From the NCBI GenBank assembly GCA_965197475.1, contig CBDANF010000003.1:2848001-2912000 (forward strand): DNA of 64,000 nt, given 5' to 3'. Under the pieces are notes generated by a model. It was not told the DNA's origin. It worked only from the letters and a program-made list of their open reading frames with translations, and did no database searches. This stretch comes from Candidatus Poribacteria bacterium. GTDB lineage: Bacteria; Poribacteria; WGA-4E; WGA-3G. This document shows positions 30,888 to 42,274 of the stretch, piece after piece (the first letter of the stretch is position 1; each line of letters opens with the position of its first letter). The position numbers and the translations under genes were made by a program.

Positions 30888-32294
30888 TTAGTTTTCTGCG
30901 TCAGGTTGTGAGTTTGGTACTAGGTCGGAGGTACCGTTTTCCTGTTCCTGATAAAATTTATAGCCATCGTTATCTTCATCAAGTTCATATTGGCGGACAA
31001 TCTGTTCCGCATCTCGAAGATAGGGTCTTTCCCCTTTTGAAAGGCTTATATACGTTTTGAAACCTTCGTAAGCGGCACCAAATTCTCGAATAGAACGATA
31101 GCAGACTGCTTGTTGATAGACAGCTTCATTCCGCCATATAGATTCTGCAGCATCTTGAAGCAAGTTTTCATAAGCTTGTATTGCACGTTCGAACTGACCA
31201 CTCTGCTGGTAAAGGTCACCAACTCGGTATAGAGAATCGGCAACAGCGAATTTTTTGTGCGAAAGATCTCGAATTAACACTTTATAAGTTTCAATAGCGT
31301 GTGGGAAGTTACGTAGTTCCTTCCAATTCTTCGCGATACCTTGAAAATTCTGAACAACAAGCTCAATTTTTCCCATTCGCCATCTGTCGGAGGGGACCAC
31401 ATACCGATCATTTTCTTCATATGCCTTGGCTTTTTTGCTTCTGTTTTGCTGAATTTCATCTTGGTATTGTTTGATTTTGATCAAGAGTTCTTCAGCTTCA
31501 GTTAAGATTGTTTTGACCTGTACAGCTTCAAAAGTACCGGGAAATTTTTGGGCGACTGCGAGAAAAGCTCCCCAACCGCCTGAATTAGTGTAGTCATACA
31601 ATTTGTAAAAGTAAATGTTTCCAACCTGAAATTGCGCTTGTACTGCTTTTTGATGATTCGAAAATTCTTTGACCATTTTCTCGAAAGTTTTGATGGCTTC
31701 AGGGTAATTTCCCAATGACTCATACGCCTGCGCGACCTTGTAAAGTGCTTGTGCTGCAGTATTATATGTTTCATCGGTTTTTTCAATGTCATAAAGAGCT
31801 TTAAAGTTTTGGTAATTCGCAAGTTCCTGTGCAATTAACTGACGGTTCTTACGAATATTAGCGACACCGCTCTTTGCTTCATTGGCGTAGTATCCAGTAG
31901 GGTCAAGCTCAATGATTGCTTGATAATGCCCATTTGCTTTATCCCACTCATAATGCTTTTTGTAGATTTTTGCAATTTGATGGTGGGCGCGCTGTGCGTA
32001 TCTCCCTTCTGCATCTTGTTCAATGATTTCGAGGTAAAGGGACATTGCTCTATCGTAAAGTTGTTGCCGCTTTGCCCGCACCTTCTCTTTCTGTTTTGGG
32101 TCTTCAGAGCGAGTAGAAGTGGCTTCTGCCTCGTCAAAAGCATTATCGGCATTTTGGATTTTCGCACTCAATGGAATGATGTTAATGCCGCCTTGACATC
32201 CGATATGTGTTATCACGAGCATGCCAAAAGCGAGAATAATAAGAGAGTTTCGAACTATGTTTCTTAGCGCGAAACTGGGTATGAAACGGGTCAT
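30888..32294 (-). CDS. TPR lipoprotein (BamD/YfiO-like repeats)
   Basis: IGC lipobox; repeated TPR helices. Confidence 0.8.
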   Translation of the reverse strand: MTRFIPSFALRNIVRNSLIILAFGMLVITHIGCQGGINIIPLSAKIQNADNAFDEAEATSTRSEDPKQKEKVRAKRQQLYDRAMSLYLEIIEQDAEGRYAQRAHHQIAKIYKKHYEWDKANGHYQAIIELDPTGYYANEAKSGVANIRKNRQLIAQELANYQNFKALYDIEKTDETYNTAAQALYKVAQAYESLGNYPEAIKTFEKMVKEFSNHQKAVQAQFQVGNIYFYKLYDYTNSGGWGAFLAVAQKFPGTFEAVQVKTILTEAEELLIKIKQYQDEIQQNRSKKAKAYEENDRYVVPSDRWRMGKIELVVQNFQGIAKNWKELRNFPHAIETYKVLIRDLSHKKFAVADSLYRVGDLYQQSGQFERAIQAYENLLQDAAESIWRNEAVYQQAVCYRSIREFGAAYEGFKTYISLSKGERPYLRDAEQIVRQYELDEDNDGYKFYQEQENGTSDLVPNSQPDAEN

Positions 32295-32431
32295 CGTTGT
32301 TAATCCTCCTCAGGAATGAATAATGAAAACCTCCCAGTAAATTGATAAAGTTTACTGGTTTGCGATTTATGGTTTTAGTATAACAGATACACAAAAATTG
32401 TCAAGAAAAAAGTTCCGTTTTCTGATTAATT

Positions 32432-33844
32432 TCAATTCCCTGCTCGCGGTTGTGAGTTCGGATCTTGAGCAGAAGTGCTATTTTCTTGTTCCTCATAAAA
32501 GTAATAGCCATCGTTGTCCTGATCAAGTTCAAATTGATGGACAATCTGTTCAGCTTTTCGGAGATACGTTGTATTGTTCCGTGCGGATCGTATATATGCC
32601 TTGAAACCTTTATAAGCGTCAGTATATTTCTGAATGGCGTGAAAGCAAACGGCTTATTGGTAAATTGGCTCACGCTTCCAATGCTAATTTAAGGACTCTG
32701 GCACTTTCTTAAAAAGTTTGTTATAAGCATGGATTGCGCGTTCGTATTCTTTGTTTTGTTGGTGTAAATTGGCAATATTATAAAACGCATCTGCGACAAC
32801 AAATTTTTTATTGGGTATTTCTTTGAGTAAGGTTTTGTAAGTTTGAATAGCACGAGGATAATTGCACATATCAACCCAATTTTTGGCAATTATTTGGAAC
32901 GTTTGGGCTAAACGGTTTTCGTCAAGTTCTTTTCCTAATGTGGGCACTCCAACACCTCTTCTATCGGAATAACTACATTTTGGCGATTTTTTATCTCTAT
33001 ACCGCCGAATTTCGTCCTGAAGATGTTTGATTTCTGTTAATAGGTTTTCAGCTTTTTTCAGCAAGAGACGGGTTTTCTTGGCTTCCTGAGTATTGGGAAA
33101 TTTCTCGACTACTGCCACAAAGGTACCCCAACCACCAGCATTAGTATAGTCATAGAGGTCATAAAAATAAATATTTCCAATCTGGAACTGGGCTTGTGGT
33201 GCCTTTTCGTGTTTAGGGAATTCCGCAACAATTCTCTGATATGTACGGATAGCTTTGAGAAAATCTTCCATTTCTTCGTAAGCTTGTGCTACCAGAAATA
33301 GTGATTCTGCTGCAGAATTAAAAGACTCCTCTGATGAAGTCTTATTAAAAATGATTTTGGTGTTATGGTATTTAGCGAACTGTTCTTTGACAATTTCTCG
33401 ATTTTTACGAATATTCTCGATTTTTTCCTTCGCCTGACTCGGATAATATCCTACGTCAGCGAGTTTAAGAATAGCCTGATAATGTTCTATTGATTGATCA
33501 AATTGGTAATACCGTGTGTAAATTTTAGCTATTTCATAATGAGCGCGCTGCGCATATACTCCATTAATATCTTTTATAGCAGTTTCCAGATATAGACCTA
33601 TAGCTGTGTTGTAAAGTTCCTGTCGCTTAGTGTCCGCGTTTTCTATCTGTTCCGGAGTATCTCCGCGTAAAATTACTGCATCCGCACTGTCAAATGCCTC
33701 ATCTGCAGTGTGGATCAACTCGCTCAGTGGCATGGAGAAGATGTAAATTCCCCCTTGGCACCCGAGAATTGTTACAACCGACGGGATAATAACAAAGACA
33801 AGGATATGGTTCCGTGTTGGTTGCAGTACGGTGCTGGTTGACAT
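32432..33844 (-). pseudogene. Tandem paralog of the preceding TPR gene with two in-frame stops
   Basis: After TAG (32684) and a TAA the same frame continues AVCFHAIQ...ELDQDNDGYYFYEEQENSTS...PNSQP, matching the neighbour's C-terminus. Confidence 0.8.
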
Positions 33845-34112
33845 ATTAATTCTCCTTTCTGAGAGTAATGAAATTATTCCGATGCGTTGAGCAATATCAT
33901 GGATAATTAGTCACAATAAGAATAACAGATTTTAAAAATTTGTCAAGGAAAAGTTCTGTTTTCATATTTTTTAAAGGAATGGTATAGTATATTTTTGCAA
34001 TGCCACAAAACGTATTGACAAATACGATCAAAATTAGTAAAATAATCTAACGGAAACCTTTAGAAGGATATATTTTCCTTGTGTGAATCTTGATTATAGT
34101 AGGGAGGCGAAT

Positions 34113-35015
34113 ATGGAAAACGCGACTTATAAAATAGGCGTTGTAGGTGTAGGAAGGATGGGAGCGAACATCGCTCGACACCTCAATGACGAAGGGTTTA
34201 AGGTGGTTGCTGTGTACGATGTTGCAAGTGAACGTGCACAGGAATTGGCAACAGAGCTTGGAGCAACGGCTACAGACAAATTAGCACAAGTCACCGTACT
34301 GGCGGATTATATCATTACTGTTGTAACAGATGACAATGCAATGCGGCAGATTTATTCTGAAGATGCAGATGATAGTTTACTCAAAGGGGCATCAGGAAAA
34401 GTTTTTATCAATTGTGCTACGATTAGCCCACAAGTTCATGTTGATATTGAACGTCTTGCGGAAAAGCATGGTGCTGAAAGTCTTGAGGGTTGTATGGCGA
34501 GCAGCATTACACAAGCGCGAGAAGGCACGCTCTATCTAATGTGTGGGGGTAAAAAAGAGACTTTTGATAAGGCACAAGCGATTCTGGATTCAATGAGTGT
34601 TTCCCTGCGTTATATCGGTGAAGCGGGACAAGCAGCACAGGTAAAAGCATTGGTCAACATGGTAATGAATATCAACACTGCGGGACTCGCGGAGGGGCTT
34701 GGATTGGGTGCTGCGCTTGGTCTGGATCTGGATATGCTGCAGGAAGTTTTCGCACAAACGGGCGCAAACTCTCGCGTTTTGGAAACTGATGGAGAGGATA
34801 TGCAGATACGCGATCATGAATGTTATTTCTCTGCTGCTCATGCGTCTAAGGATTCCGGTATCGCGCTTGACCTTGCAAATGATGCTGGCATCGCGCTTCC
34901 ACTGGCACAGGCGACGAAAGATCAGTATGATCGGATGATTGAACTTGGATTGGGTGAGTTGGACAAATCCGGAGTCGCTGAATTGACGTTCCCTGGGCGC
35001 GGAAAGAACGCATAA
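34113..35015 (+). CDS. NAD(P)-dependent oxidoreductase, 3-hydroxyisobutyrate dehydrogenase family
   Basis: GVVGVGRMG; GEAGQAAQVKALVN. Confidence 0.88.
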   Translation: MENATYKIGVVGVGRMGANIARHLNDEGFKVVAVYDVASERAQELATELGATATDKLAQVTVLADYIITVVTDDNAMRQIYSEDADDSLLKGASGKVFINCATISPQVHVDIERLAEKHGAESLEGCMASSITQAREGTLYLMCGGKKETFDKAQAILDSMSVSLRYIGEAGQAAQVKALVNMVMNINTAGLAEGLGLGAALGLDLDMLQEVFAQTGANSRVLETDGEDMQIRDHECYFSAAHASKDSGIALDLANDAGIALPLAQATKDQYDRMIELGLGELDKSGVAELTFPGRGKNA

Positions 35016-35078
35016 TTGTGAAAGCGTAAGAGGTTCCGACGCGATTTTTCATGGATGAATTGCGTTAGAAACTGACTG

Positions 35079-35822
35079 ATGTTGAAAACTGCAAAAAAAT
35101 TGATGCTTAGAGGTGTAATCCTTGCAGGAGGATTAGGCACCCGTTTACACCCGCTTACCAAGGTTACCAGTAAACACTTGCTACCTGTTGGCAATGAACC
35201 GATGATTTTTCACAGCGTCCGGCAACTTACAGAAGCAGGAATCACCGATATTCTTATTGTTACAAATCCAAGTCATGTGGGGGATTTTGTGAACGTGTTG
35301 GGAAGTGGAAAAGACTTCGGTTGTGAATTCACCTATCGAGTGCAGGAGGAGGCGAAAGGTATTGCGAATGCCCTCGCCTTAGCTGAAGGATTTGCTGCTG
35401 GTGGTAGTATAGTTGTCTTGCTGGGAGATAACATTTTTGAGTCCTCAATTCAACAAGCCGTTTCTGATTTTGACGCACAGCAAACAAGTGCTCGCGTTTT
35501 GCTCAAACAGGTAGATGATCCAGAACGTTTCGGGGTGGCGACCTTGGACAGAAACCGAATTGTAGCGATTGAGGAGAAACCGGATCATCCCAAAAGCAAT
35601 TATGCGGTTGTTGGTCTCTATTTCTACGATTCATCAGTATTTGACATTATCAGAACAATTGAACCCTCATCGCGCGGTGAGTACGAAATTACCACGGTTA
35701 ATAATGTCTATATTGAGCAGGGACAACTTGAGCACAGTTTTATACAAGGCGAGTGGATTGATGCGGGTACCTTTGATGCCTTTGCTGAAGCGCATCGGAT
35801 TGTTTTAAATCGAAAGGAGTAG
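35079..35822 (+). CDS. Sugar-1-phosphate nucleotidyltransferase (RfbA/SpsI-like)
   Basis: GVILAGGLGTRLHPLT, LGDNIF, EEKP, RGEYEIT. Confidence 0.9.
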   Translation: MLKTAKKLMLRGVILAGGLGTRLHPLTKVTSKHLLPVGNEPMIFHSVRQLTEAGITDILIVTNPSHVGDFVNVLGSGKDFGCEFTYRVQEEAKGIANALALAEGFAAGGSIVVLLGDNIFESSIQQAVSDFDAQQTSARVLLKQVDDPERFGVATLDRNRIVAIEEKPDHPKSNYAVVGLYFYDSSVFDIIRTIEPSSRGEYEITTVNNVYIEQGQLEHSFIQGEWIDAGTFDAFAEAHRIVLNRKE

Positions 35823-35824
35823 CA

Positions 35825-37048
35825 TTGAACGCTACACAAAAACCATACTTATCGATTGTTGTCCCAGTTTACAACGAGGAGGAAAATGTCCGACCACTAT
35901 ATGAAAAAATTCGGGTGGTATGTGATTCAATTGGTGAAACTTACGAAGTGCTTTTTATAGACGATGGTAGCCAAGATAACACCTTTGAAGTGCTATCGGA
36001 ATTGCGGGAGCGGGAACCGAATTTAGCCGTTATGCGATTTCAAGAGAATGCTGGACAAACAGCTGCGATGGCAGCGGGTTTTGAATTCGCGCAAGGTGAG
36101 CGTATTATCAGCATGGACGGTGACCTACAAAATGACCCTGCCGATATTCCGCATCTACTTGAGAAACTTGACGAAGATTACGATCTGGTATGCGGTTGGC
36201 GGAGAGAACGGCAGGATAAATTCTGGACGAGACGACTTCCTTCTGTCGTTGCCAATTGGATAATTAGTAAGGTAACTGGTGTCGCGATTCATGACAACGG
36301 TTGCTCACTCAAAGCGTATCGAGCTGAAGTTATCAAACAGGTCCCACTTTATGGAGAGATGCATCGGTTCATTCCAGCAATGTCCACGGTCATAGGTGCG
36401 CGCATCGCTGAAATTGTAGTCGCGCATCACCCGCGCCGTTTCGGTACAAGCAAATACGGTCTCGGTAGGGTTTGGCGTGTTATACTGGATATTTTAGCAT
36501 TTAAGTTGATTCTCTCAGTTTTCGCGCGACAATCTAATCCAAATGGACATCCGCCTATGCAACAGTCGTATGACAACCAGATCAACCCCAAATTTAATGT
36601 GTATCGGGTCGCTGCGTTTCTAAGCCTACCCTTCTTTATAATAGGATGTCTTCTCATCAATACTGCCATTATTGCTGCTCTTAGTTTTATAGGATTAGGA
36701 GTATCTCTGATAGGAATCAGTTTGATTACAGGGTGGACAATTGCCATAGCACAGCGCGATGAGGCGGAACTGGGCGCACTCGCGCGTTTTTTTATTTTTC
36801 GTTGTGCAAGACGGCCCATTCGATGTTTTGGTCCTTCAGGCGCGCTGTTATTCACATTGGGTTGTATCCTAACGATAGCCGTGCCGCACGTTGGCCCCAT
36901 TTTGATGAATACAGGTATTTTGGTATTCTGTTGTGGCTTGTTCGGTGAGACTATAGCTTATGCGAATGCGAAACGGGTAATAGATTACAGAGTTGAGGTA
37001 TTTCTGAATGCAAAGGAAGATGTTAAACGCGTTGAAAACGTTATCTGA
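35825..37048 (+). CDS. GT2 glycosyltransferase (ArnC/DPM-like)
   Basis: VPVYNEE, IDDGSQD, MDGDLQNDP, GEMHRFIP. Confidence 0.88.
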   Translation: MNATQKPYLSIVVPVYNEEENVRPLYEKIRVVCDSIGETYEVLFIDDGSQDNTFEVLSELREREPNLAVMRFQENAGQTAAMAAGFEFAQGERIISMDGDLQNDPADIPHLLEKLDEDYDLVCGWRRERQDKFWTRRLPSVVANWIISKVTGVAIHDNGCSLKAYRAEVIKQVPLYGEMHRFIPAMSTVIGARIAEIVVAHHPRRFGTSKYGLGRVWRVILDILAFKLILSVFARQSNPNGHPPMQQSYDNQINPKFNVYRVAAFLSLPFFIIGCLLINTAIIAALSFIGLGVSLIGISLITGWTIAIAQRDEAELGALARFFIFRCARRPIRCFGPSGALLFTLGCILTIAVPHVGPILMNTGILVFCCGLFGETIAYANAKRVIDYRVEVFLNAKEDVKRVENVI

Positions 37049-38168
37049 TAAATGGCGACCCGAATTTCCGGTTACCAATACCTATATCTATATGAACCAT
37101 GCCGGTGTCGCACCGTTATCACGTCGGGTTAGGGAAGCGATGATAGGCTTTGTTGAAGATGCAACCGTCAACGGTGCAGTCAACTTTGAATCTTGGGCTG
37201 AAACGGCAGAGATATGTCGAGATGTTGCAGCACAGCTTTTCAATGCCAATGCCACCGAAGTCGCGTTTATGAAAAACACTACGCAAGGTATACTCATCGC
37301 TGCGAACGGCATTGACTGGCGTGAAGGAGATAACGTCGTCACAACGGCGGTTGAATTTCCGGCAAATGTCTATCCGTGGTGGAGCTTGAAGGAACGCTAC
37401 GGGGTCGAAACACGTATGGTCCCCGAACAGGATGATCGTATTTATCTTGAAGATATAGTTGAAATGATTGACGAACGTACACGAGTCGTAACAATTAGTC
37501 ATGTGGAATTTGCCTCTGGCTTCCGAAACGACATCAAGGCGATTGGCGAAATATGTAAAGAACGCGATATCTGGTTTGTGGTGGATGCAATTCAGAGTCT
37601 CGGTGCGATTGAGGTGGATGTGAAAGCGTTCCATATTGATATTCTCGCAGCAGATGGGCATAAATGGTTGCTGGCACCAGAGGGGGCAGCGATTTTCTAC
37701 TGTGCTGATGAAAAACGGGAACAGCTTATCAATACAAATGTTGGATGGGCAAGCGTTGTGAATCCGCGCGATTTTCTGAATTACGATCTGACGCAGAAAC
37801 CGGATGCAACCCGATTTGAGGAGGGTTCTTACAATAGTGTTGGTTTATATGGGCTTAAGGCTGCGATTGAGCTGTTGCTTGAAGTAGGTATTTCAAACAT
37901 TGGGACCCACATTCTGGAATTGACAGGATCCTTAATTACCGGGTTGGAATCCAAAGGGTATCGTGTAATCACGGCTGAGTTGAATTCTGAACGCGCGGGG
38001 ATCGTGGTTTTTGAAAGCGAACGACACACACCTGCAGAACTTTATGCGCTGCTTCATGACCAAAATATCATAACTGCAGAACGCGGTAGTGGTATCAGAG
38101 TCTCACCACATTTTTATAACACCGAATCGGAAATTGTACGGTTGCTTGAAGTCTTACCTAACCTATAA
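37008..38168 (+). CDS. Class V PLP aminotransferase
   Basis: MNHAG, VDAIQSLG, DGHKWLLAP, RVSPHFYN. Confidence 0.88.
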   Translation: MQRKMLNALKTLSDKWRPEFPVTNTYIYMNHAGVAPLSRRVREAMIGFVEDATVNGAVNFESWAETAEICRDVAAQLFNANATEVAFMKNTTQGILIAANGIDWREGDNVVTTAVEFPANVYPWWSLKERYGVETRMVPEQDDRIYLEDIVEMIDERTRVVTISHVEFASGFRNDIKAIGEICKERDIWFVVDAIQSLGAIEVDVKAFHIDILAADGHKWLLAPEGAAIFYCADEKREQLINTNVGWASVVNPRDFLNYDLTQKPDATRFEEGSYNSVGLYGLKAAIELLLEVGISNIGTHILELTGSLITGLESKGYRVITAELNSERAGIVVFESERHTPAELYALLHDQNIITAERGSGIRVSPHFYNTESEIVRLLEVLPNL

Positions 38169-38194
38169 AAACCAATTATACTTTACGATTTTAA

Positions 38195-39646
38195 GTGGAA
38201 ATGAAAAAATTGACGATAAATAATAAAAACAAACCTCAAATTCAGACCTTGAAATTGGGTTTATCGCTTATTTTAGGGTTTTTGATTATGTTTGCCGGAT
38301 GTACTTTTCCTGGTGGTAAGCAGAAGACGAATCGCATTCGGTTTTCTATCCAAAATACGCTGCCGATTGATAGGAATAATGTTCCAATTGTGATGACTTT
38401 AGAGCAACTTCAAAAAGTCAGTCCTGATTTTTCCCTTAAAGCGTATTCCGTTGTTACTGGAAAAGCTCCGCGGGAAGCGATGATCCCTGCTCAAGCAGAT
38501 GATTTGAACTATGACGGTGAACGTGATCAGTTGGTTTTTCTTTTAGACCTTGCATCGGAAGAGACGAAGGAGATTTCAATCCTCTACGACCCAAATGTAA
38601 AAGCGACGTTCACGCTTGATGTCAATAAACAGACACGCGCGGGCATTTTTCCTGAACTTAACGTTGTGGCGGCAGTGGAATCAGACTTAATTGCCTATCT
38701 TCTGAAGCCGGACGGTGCTGTGGTCGCATACGGTAAAAAGCGTACAGAACTTTTCAGTGTTGATGGGATGTTTCAAAGTGAATTGGATTACGGCGGCGCG
38801 TTTTCACCTGAACTAAGGCTGCATTTTGAAAGTAACAAGATTGCACTGACCCAAAATCCGCAGGCATTAAGTATAGAAATTGAGAAACCTGAACATCGGT
38901 GGGTGATCCGTGACTTTGAGAATCAGGAGGATTACTTTGTCCGAAAATCAGAAATGCAACTCAATCTCTATAAGTCAGTCGGATTGTCACTAAATGCACT
39001 TCTCAACCCAGAAAACACGACCATGGTTATGTTAACGCCTCAAGAAGGACTGATCGGGTGTGGTGGGTTTGCACTATGGCATAAAGGGAAATCTGAATTA
39101 ATTCCTCTACCAAGTGAAGGGGATTACGTTCGGGTTCTCGCGAATGGTGGTATGCGTTCGGTCATTCAACGGATTTTACCGGAATGGGGCATTGAGAGTG
39201 AAACATTTCAGCTTACATCAACTACATTTATTTATGGTAGGAACCCGTGGATTGAACATCATATCCATATTGACAGAGAACTGCCTTCGGATTATGCTAT
39301 CGTTGTCGGTATTCCGAAAGTTGGGGAAACTTATGGTGTTGACGAAAAACAGGGGATGTTATGGAGTTGGGGAACAGACCCGAATGGAATGCATCCGCTT
39401 GGTATAGCATTAATTTATCCCACGGCACGGACAGGCGGATTGATCGACACGGACCCATCCCTTACGTCAATAATCTTAAATCCTGATGATGAAGGACGGA
39501 TCAGTTATCGGGCATTGACTATTTGGGATGGCGGTATTAATGGAATAGAGACCAAAACAGAATTTGAGCAGTCCCTTCAAATTATGGTTACAGCGATGCA
39601 AAACCTACCGAGAATCAAATTTTTACCGTTAGAGGAAAAGAAGTAG
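38195..39646 (+). CDS. Lipoprotein, DUF4861-like
   Basis: FAGC lipobox; QADDLNYDGERDQLVF. Confidence 0.6.
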   Translation: MEMKKLTINNKNKPQIQTLKLGLSLILGFLIMFAGCTFPGGKQKTNRIRFSIQNTLPIDRNNVPIVMTLEQLQKVSPDFSLKAYSVVTGKAPREAMIPAQADDLNYDGERDQLVFLLDLASEETKEISILYDPNVKATFTLDVNKQTRAGIFPELNVVAAVESDLIAYLLKPDGAVVAYGKKRTELFSVDGMFQSELDYGGAFSPELRLHFESNKIALTQNPQALSIEIEKPEHRWVIRDFENQEDYFVRKSEMQLNLYKSVGLSLNALLNPENTTMVMLTPQEGLIGCGGFALWHKGKSELIPLPSEGDYVRVLANGGMRSVIQRILPEWGIESETFQLTSTTFIYGRNPWIEHHIHIDRELPSDYAIVVGIPKVGETYGVDEKQGMLWSWGTDPNGMHPLGIALIYPTARTGGLIDTDPSLTSIILNPDDEGRISYRALTIWDGGINGIETKTEFEQSLQIMVTAMQNLPRIKFLPLEEKK

Positions 39647-39664
39647 GAATTTCTTCTACTGAAA

Positions 39665-40276
39665 ATGGAGGATTTCATGCTTATCAAGGAAGAATGTCTA
39701 AAACTTATCGCATCTCAGCGAACAGACGAAATCGTTGTTGCCACGATGGGAATGACCGTGCCCTGGGCTAAAATATCAACACATCCACTGGACTATGCGT
39801 CTGTTGGAAGTGCTATGGGACACGCAGCAGACTTTGCACTCGGTATTGCACTTGCCAAACCCGAAAAAAAGGTTGTCGTGCTTAACGGAGATGGGAGCAT
39901 GCTGATGTGCTTAGGGACACTCGCTACGATTACAGGTTTGAAAAAGCCGCCTACCAACTATCTTCTTTTTGTCTGTGATAACGGCACTTATGAGGTGACC
40001 GGGAATCAACCTATTCCTGGTAATGTTGGATTCAGTTGGATGACAATTGCAAAGGGGACAGGTTTTCAGCAGGTTTATGAATTTGATGACATAGATACAC
40101 TTGAAACTGATCTTCCAAGAATCTGGAATCAAGTTGGTCCCGTATTTGTGAATCTGAAAATTGCACAGGCGCATGAACCCCCGCCTGATCGATGGGGTGG
40201 GTTTCCATACCCGTTCTTGCAGGAGTCGCTTGCTACTTCAACGCATAAGCTACGAAAGGCACTTGAGGATCAGTAG
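39665..40276 (+). CDS. TPP-binding protein (sulfopyruvate/phosphonopyruvate decarboxylase beta-like)
   Basis: GDGSMLM...DNGTYEVTGNQ. Confidence 0.82.
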   Translation: MEDFMLIKEECLKLIASQRTDEIVVATMGMTVPWAKISTHPLDYASVGSAMGHAADFALGIALAKPEKKVVVLNGDGSMLMCLGTLATITGLKKPPTNYLLFVCDNGTYEVTGNQPIPGNVGFSWMTIAKGTGFQQVYEFDDIDTLETDLPRIWNQVGPVFVNLKIAQAHEPPPDRWGGFPYPFLQESLATSTHKLRKALEDQ

Positions 40277-40304
40277 GAACAATTTTCTTCTAAGGAATAG
40301 AATT

Positions 40305-41201
40305 ATGGCACAAAAATTAGAAACTCGTCGGATGGGCAGGACTGAGATGCGTCCAAATGCCTTAGCTCTTGGTGCTGCATGGTTATGGCGGAAACCGGAT
40401 GCTGAAGTCATCGGTGCAATCCGATGTGCTATAGAGCTCGGTATCAACTATATTGACACCTATCCAGGTCACGCCGAACACTTGTGGGGAGAAGCACTTT
40501 CTGACGGTTTGAGGGAAAAGATTTATCTACAAGCCAAAGTCGGCACACATCCTGAACGCAGGAAAGATTTCTCAGCGGATAGCACAAGATGGAGTGTTAC
40601 CAATAGCCTCAAAGACCTTCGCACAGATTATCTGGATGCGGTGTTAATCCATGATCCAGAGGACATGGAAAGTGTTTTGGAAAAAGGACGCGCATTGGAT
40701 ACGCTTGTGGAGATGAAAGCAGAAGGTTTAATTCGACATATCGGTGCGGGGGTGCGTTCCCACGAATTTCATAGACAACTGATCGAAACAGGACACATTG
40801 ATATTATTCTCACCTTCCTTGACTATACATTGTTATCGCAGTCTGTGACGCAAACGACCTTGCCGTTAGCGAGCGAACACGATGTCGGCATTATCCTCGC
40901 AAGCCCCTTGGGAATGGGGAGTTTGACCGGTGCCGAACCGAACGTTGAAGATGAGCGGAGACGTAATCCGAATGCTGAACCCAAGGCTTATGCAATGTGG
41001 AAATGGTGTCAGGAACGCAACGTTAATATTCGGCATTTGGCGATGCAGTTTTGTCTCGCTGCGCCGATAGATGGGGTTGTAATGTTCGGTCCCGCTGACA
41101 AAGCGCAAATAGAAGATGGATATGAGGCTGCTACGGCAAACATATCGGAAGAAATTTGGGAAGCATTTGAGGCGGAATTTGGCATCAAACGTGGGATGTA
41201 A
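40305..41201 (+). CDS. Aldo/keto reductase
   Basis: GINYIDT, SLKDLRTDYLD...HDP, GLIRHIG. Confidence 0.87.
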   Translation: MAQKLETRRMGRTEMRPNALALGAAWLWRKPDAEVIGAIRCAIELGINYIDTYPGHAEHLWGEALSDGLREKIYLQAKVGTHPERRKDFSADSTRWSVTNSLKDLRTDYLDAVLIHDPEDMESVLEKGRALDTLVEMKAEGLIRHIGAGVRSHEFHRQLIETGHIDIILTFLDYTLLSQSVTQTTLPLASEHDVGIILASPLGMGSLTGAEPNVEDERRRNPNAEPKAYAMWKWCQERNVNIRHLAMQFCLAAPIDGVVMFGPADKAQIEDGYEAATANISEEIWEAFEAEFGIKRGM

Positions 41202-41267
41202 CTTGCTGCCGTTTACTGTAGGACGAGGTTTCTGTGACTCTGCCACTGTATCACTTCAGAGTCTGTT

Positions 41268-42068
41268 TTACGATTTCACACCTGCCGCCAATTCTGACGC
41301 AAACTGCTTCACTGCTGTGAGCAATTCCGTTTCGTCATCCATACGCTCTTCAGCAATATTGATGATAGCACTCGCCACAATCACCCCGTCAGCGATCTGA
41401 GCGACTTGTGTTGCCTGCTCAGGGGTTGATATACCAAAACCCACACTAATCGGTTTGTCCGTGTGTTTTCGCAGCTCTGCTATCATCGGTGCAACCTCAT
41501 CCGACAAAGTTACCCGAGCCCCCGTTACACCTGTTACCGAGACGCAATAGACAAATCCAGTACTGACAGATGCAACCAATTGCATCCGTTTCGGTGAGCT
41601 TGTCGGCGCGACAAGAAAAATAGTAGCAAGATTATACCGTGGGGCGACTTCAAGGAGCGGCTGTGCCTCTTCTGGCGGCAAGTCAGGCACGATGACACCG
41701 TCTACCCCTGCCTCTTGTGCTGCTTTGCAAAATGCCTGCTCCCCCATACGAAAGATCGGGTTATAGTAACTCATTAGGGCGATCGGGATATCTGTCTGTT
41801 GGCGAAGCGTTTTCACTATCTCAAGAATTTGCTGGAGTGAGATACGATGTTTGAGTGCGCGTTCACTTGCGCGTTGGATGGTGGGTCCGTCTGCTATCGG
41901 GTCGGAGAAAGGGACTCCGAGTTCTATAAGGTCTGCCCCTACTTCTTCAAGAGTAAGAAAGAGTTTAGATGTAAGTTCTGGGTTTGGGTCTCCGGCACAA
42001 ACATATGGCATAAATGCACTGACACCTTGCTGCCGGAGTTCCTGAAATTTCTTGTCAATTCGATTCAT
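41268..42068 (-). CDS. trpA: Tryptophan synthase alpha chain
   Basis: IELGVPFSDPIADGPTIQ, GVTG, VGFGIS. Confidence 0.96.
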   Translation of the reverse strand: MNRIDKKFQELRQQGVSAFMPYVCAGDPNPELTSKLFLTLEEVGADLIELGVPFSDPIADGPTIQRASERALKHRISLQQILEIVKTLRQQTDIPIALMSYYNPIFRMGEQAFCKAAQEAGVDGVIVPDLPPEEAQPLLEVAPRYNLATIFLVAPTSSPKRMQLVASVSTGFVYCVSVTGVTGARVTLSDEVAPMIAELRKHTDKPISVGFGISTPEQATQVAQIADGVIVASAIINIAEERMDDETELLTAVKQFASELAAGVKS

Positions 42069-42274
42069 GGATATGATTAAGTTTCGGCTTTCTGATAATA
42101 GTTTTTCTCAATTATACTCTGTCCGAATTGAATTGTCAAGGAAGTTCGAAAAGTTATGGATTTAAAACAACTTGACCTGAGTTTGCGAACGTGATAAAAT
42201 CTCCTGTGTGTAAGAGGAGGACGCAATATCATCTATCCTATTCAAGAATCCACTAACCGCAAAACTGTTAATAA

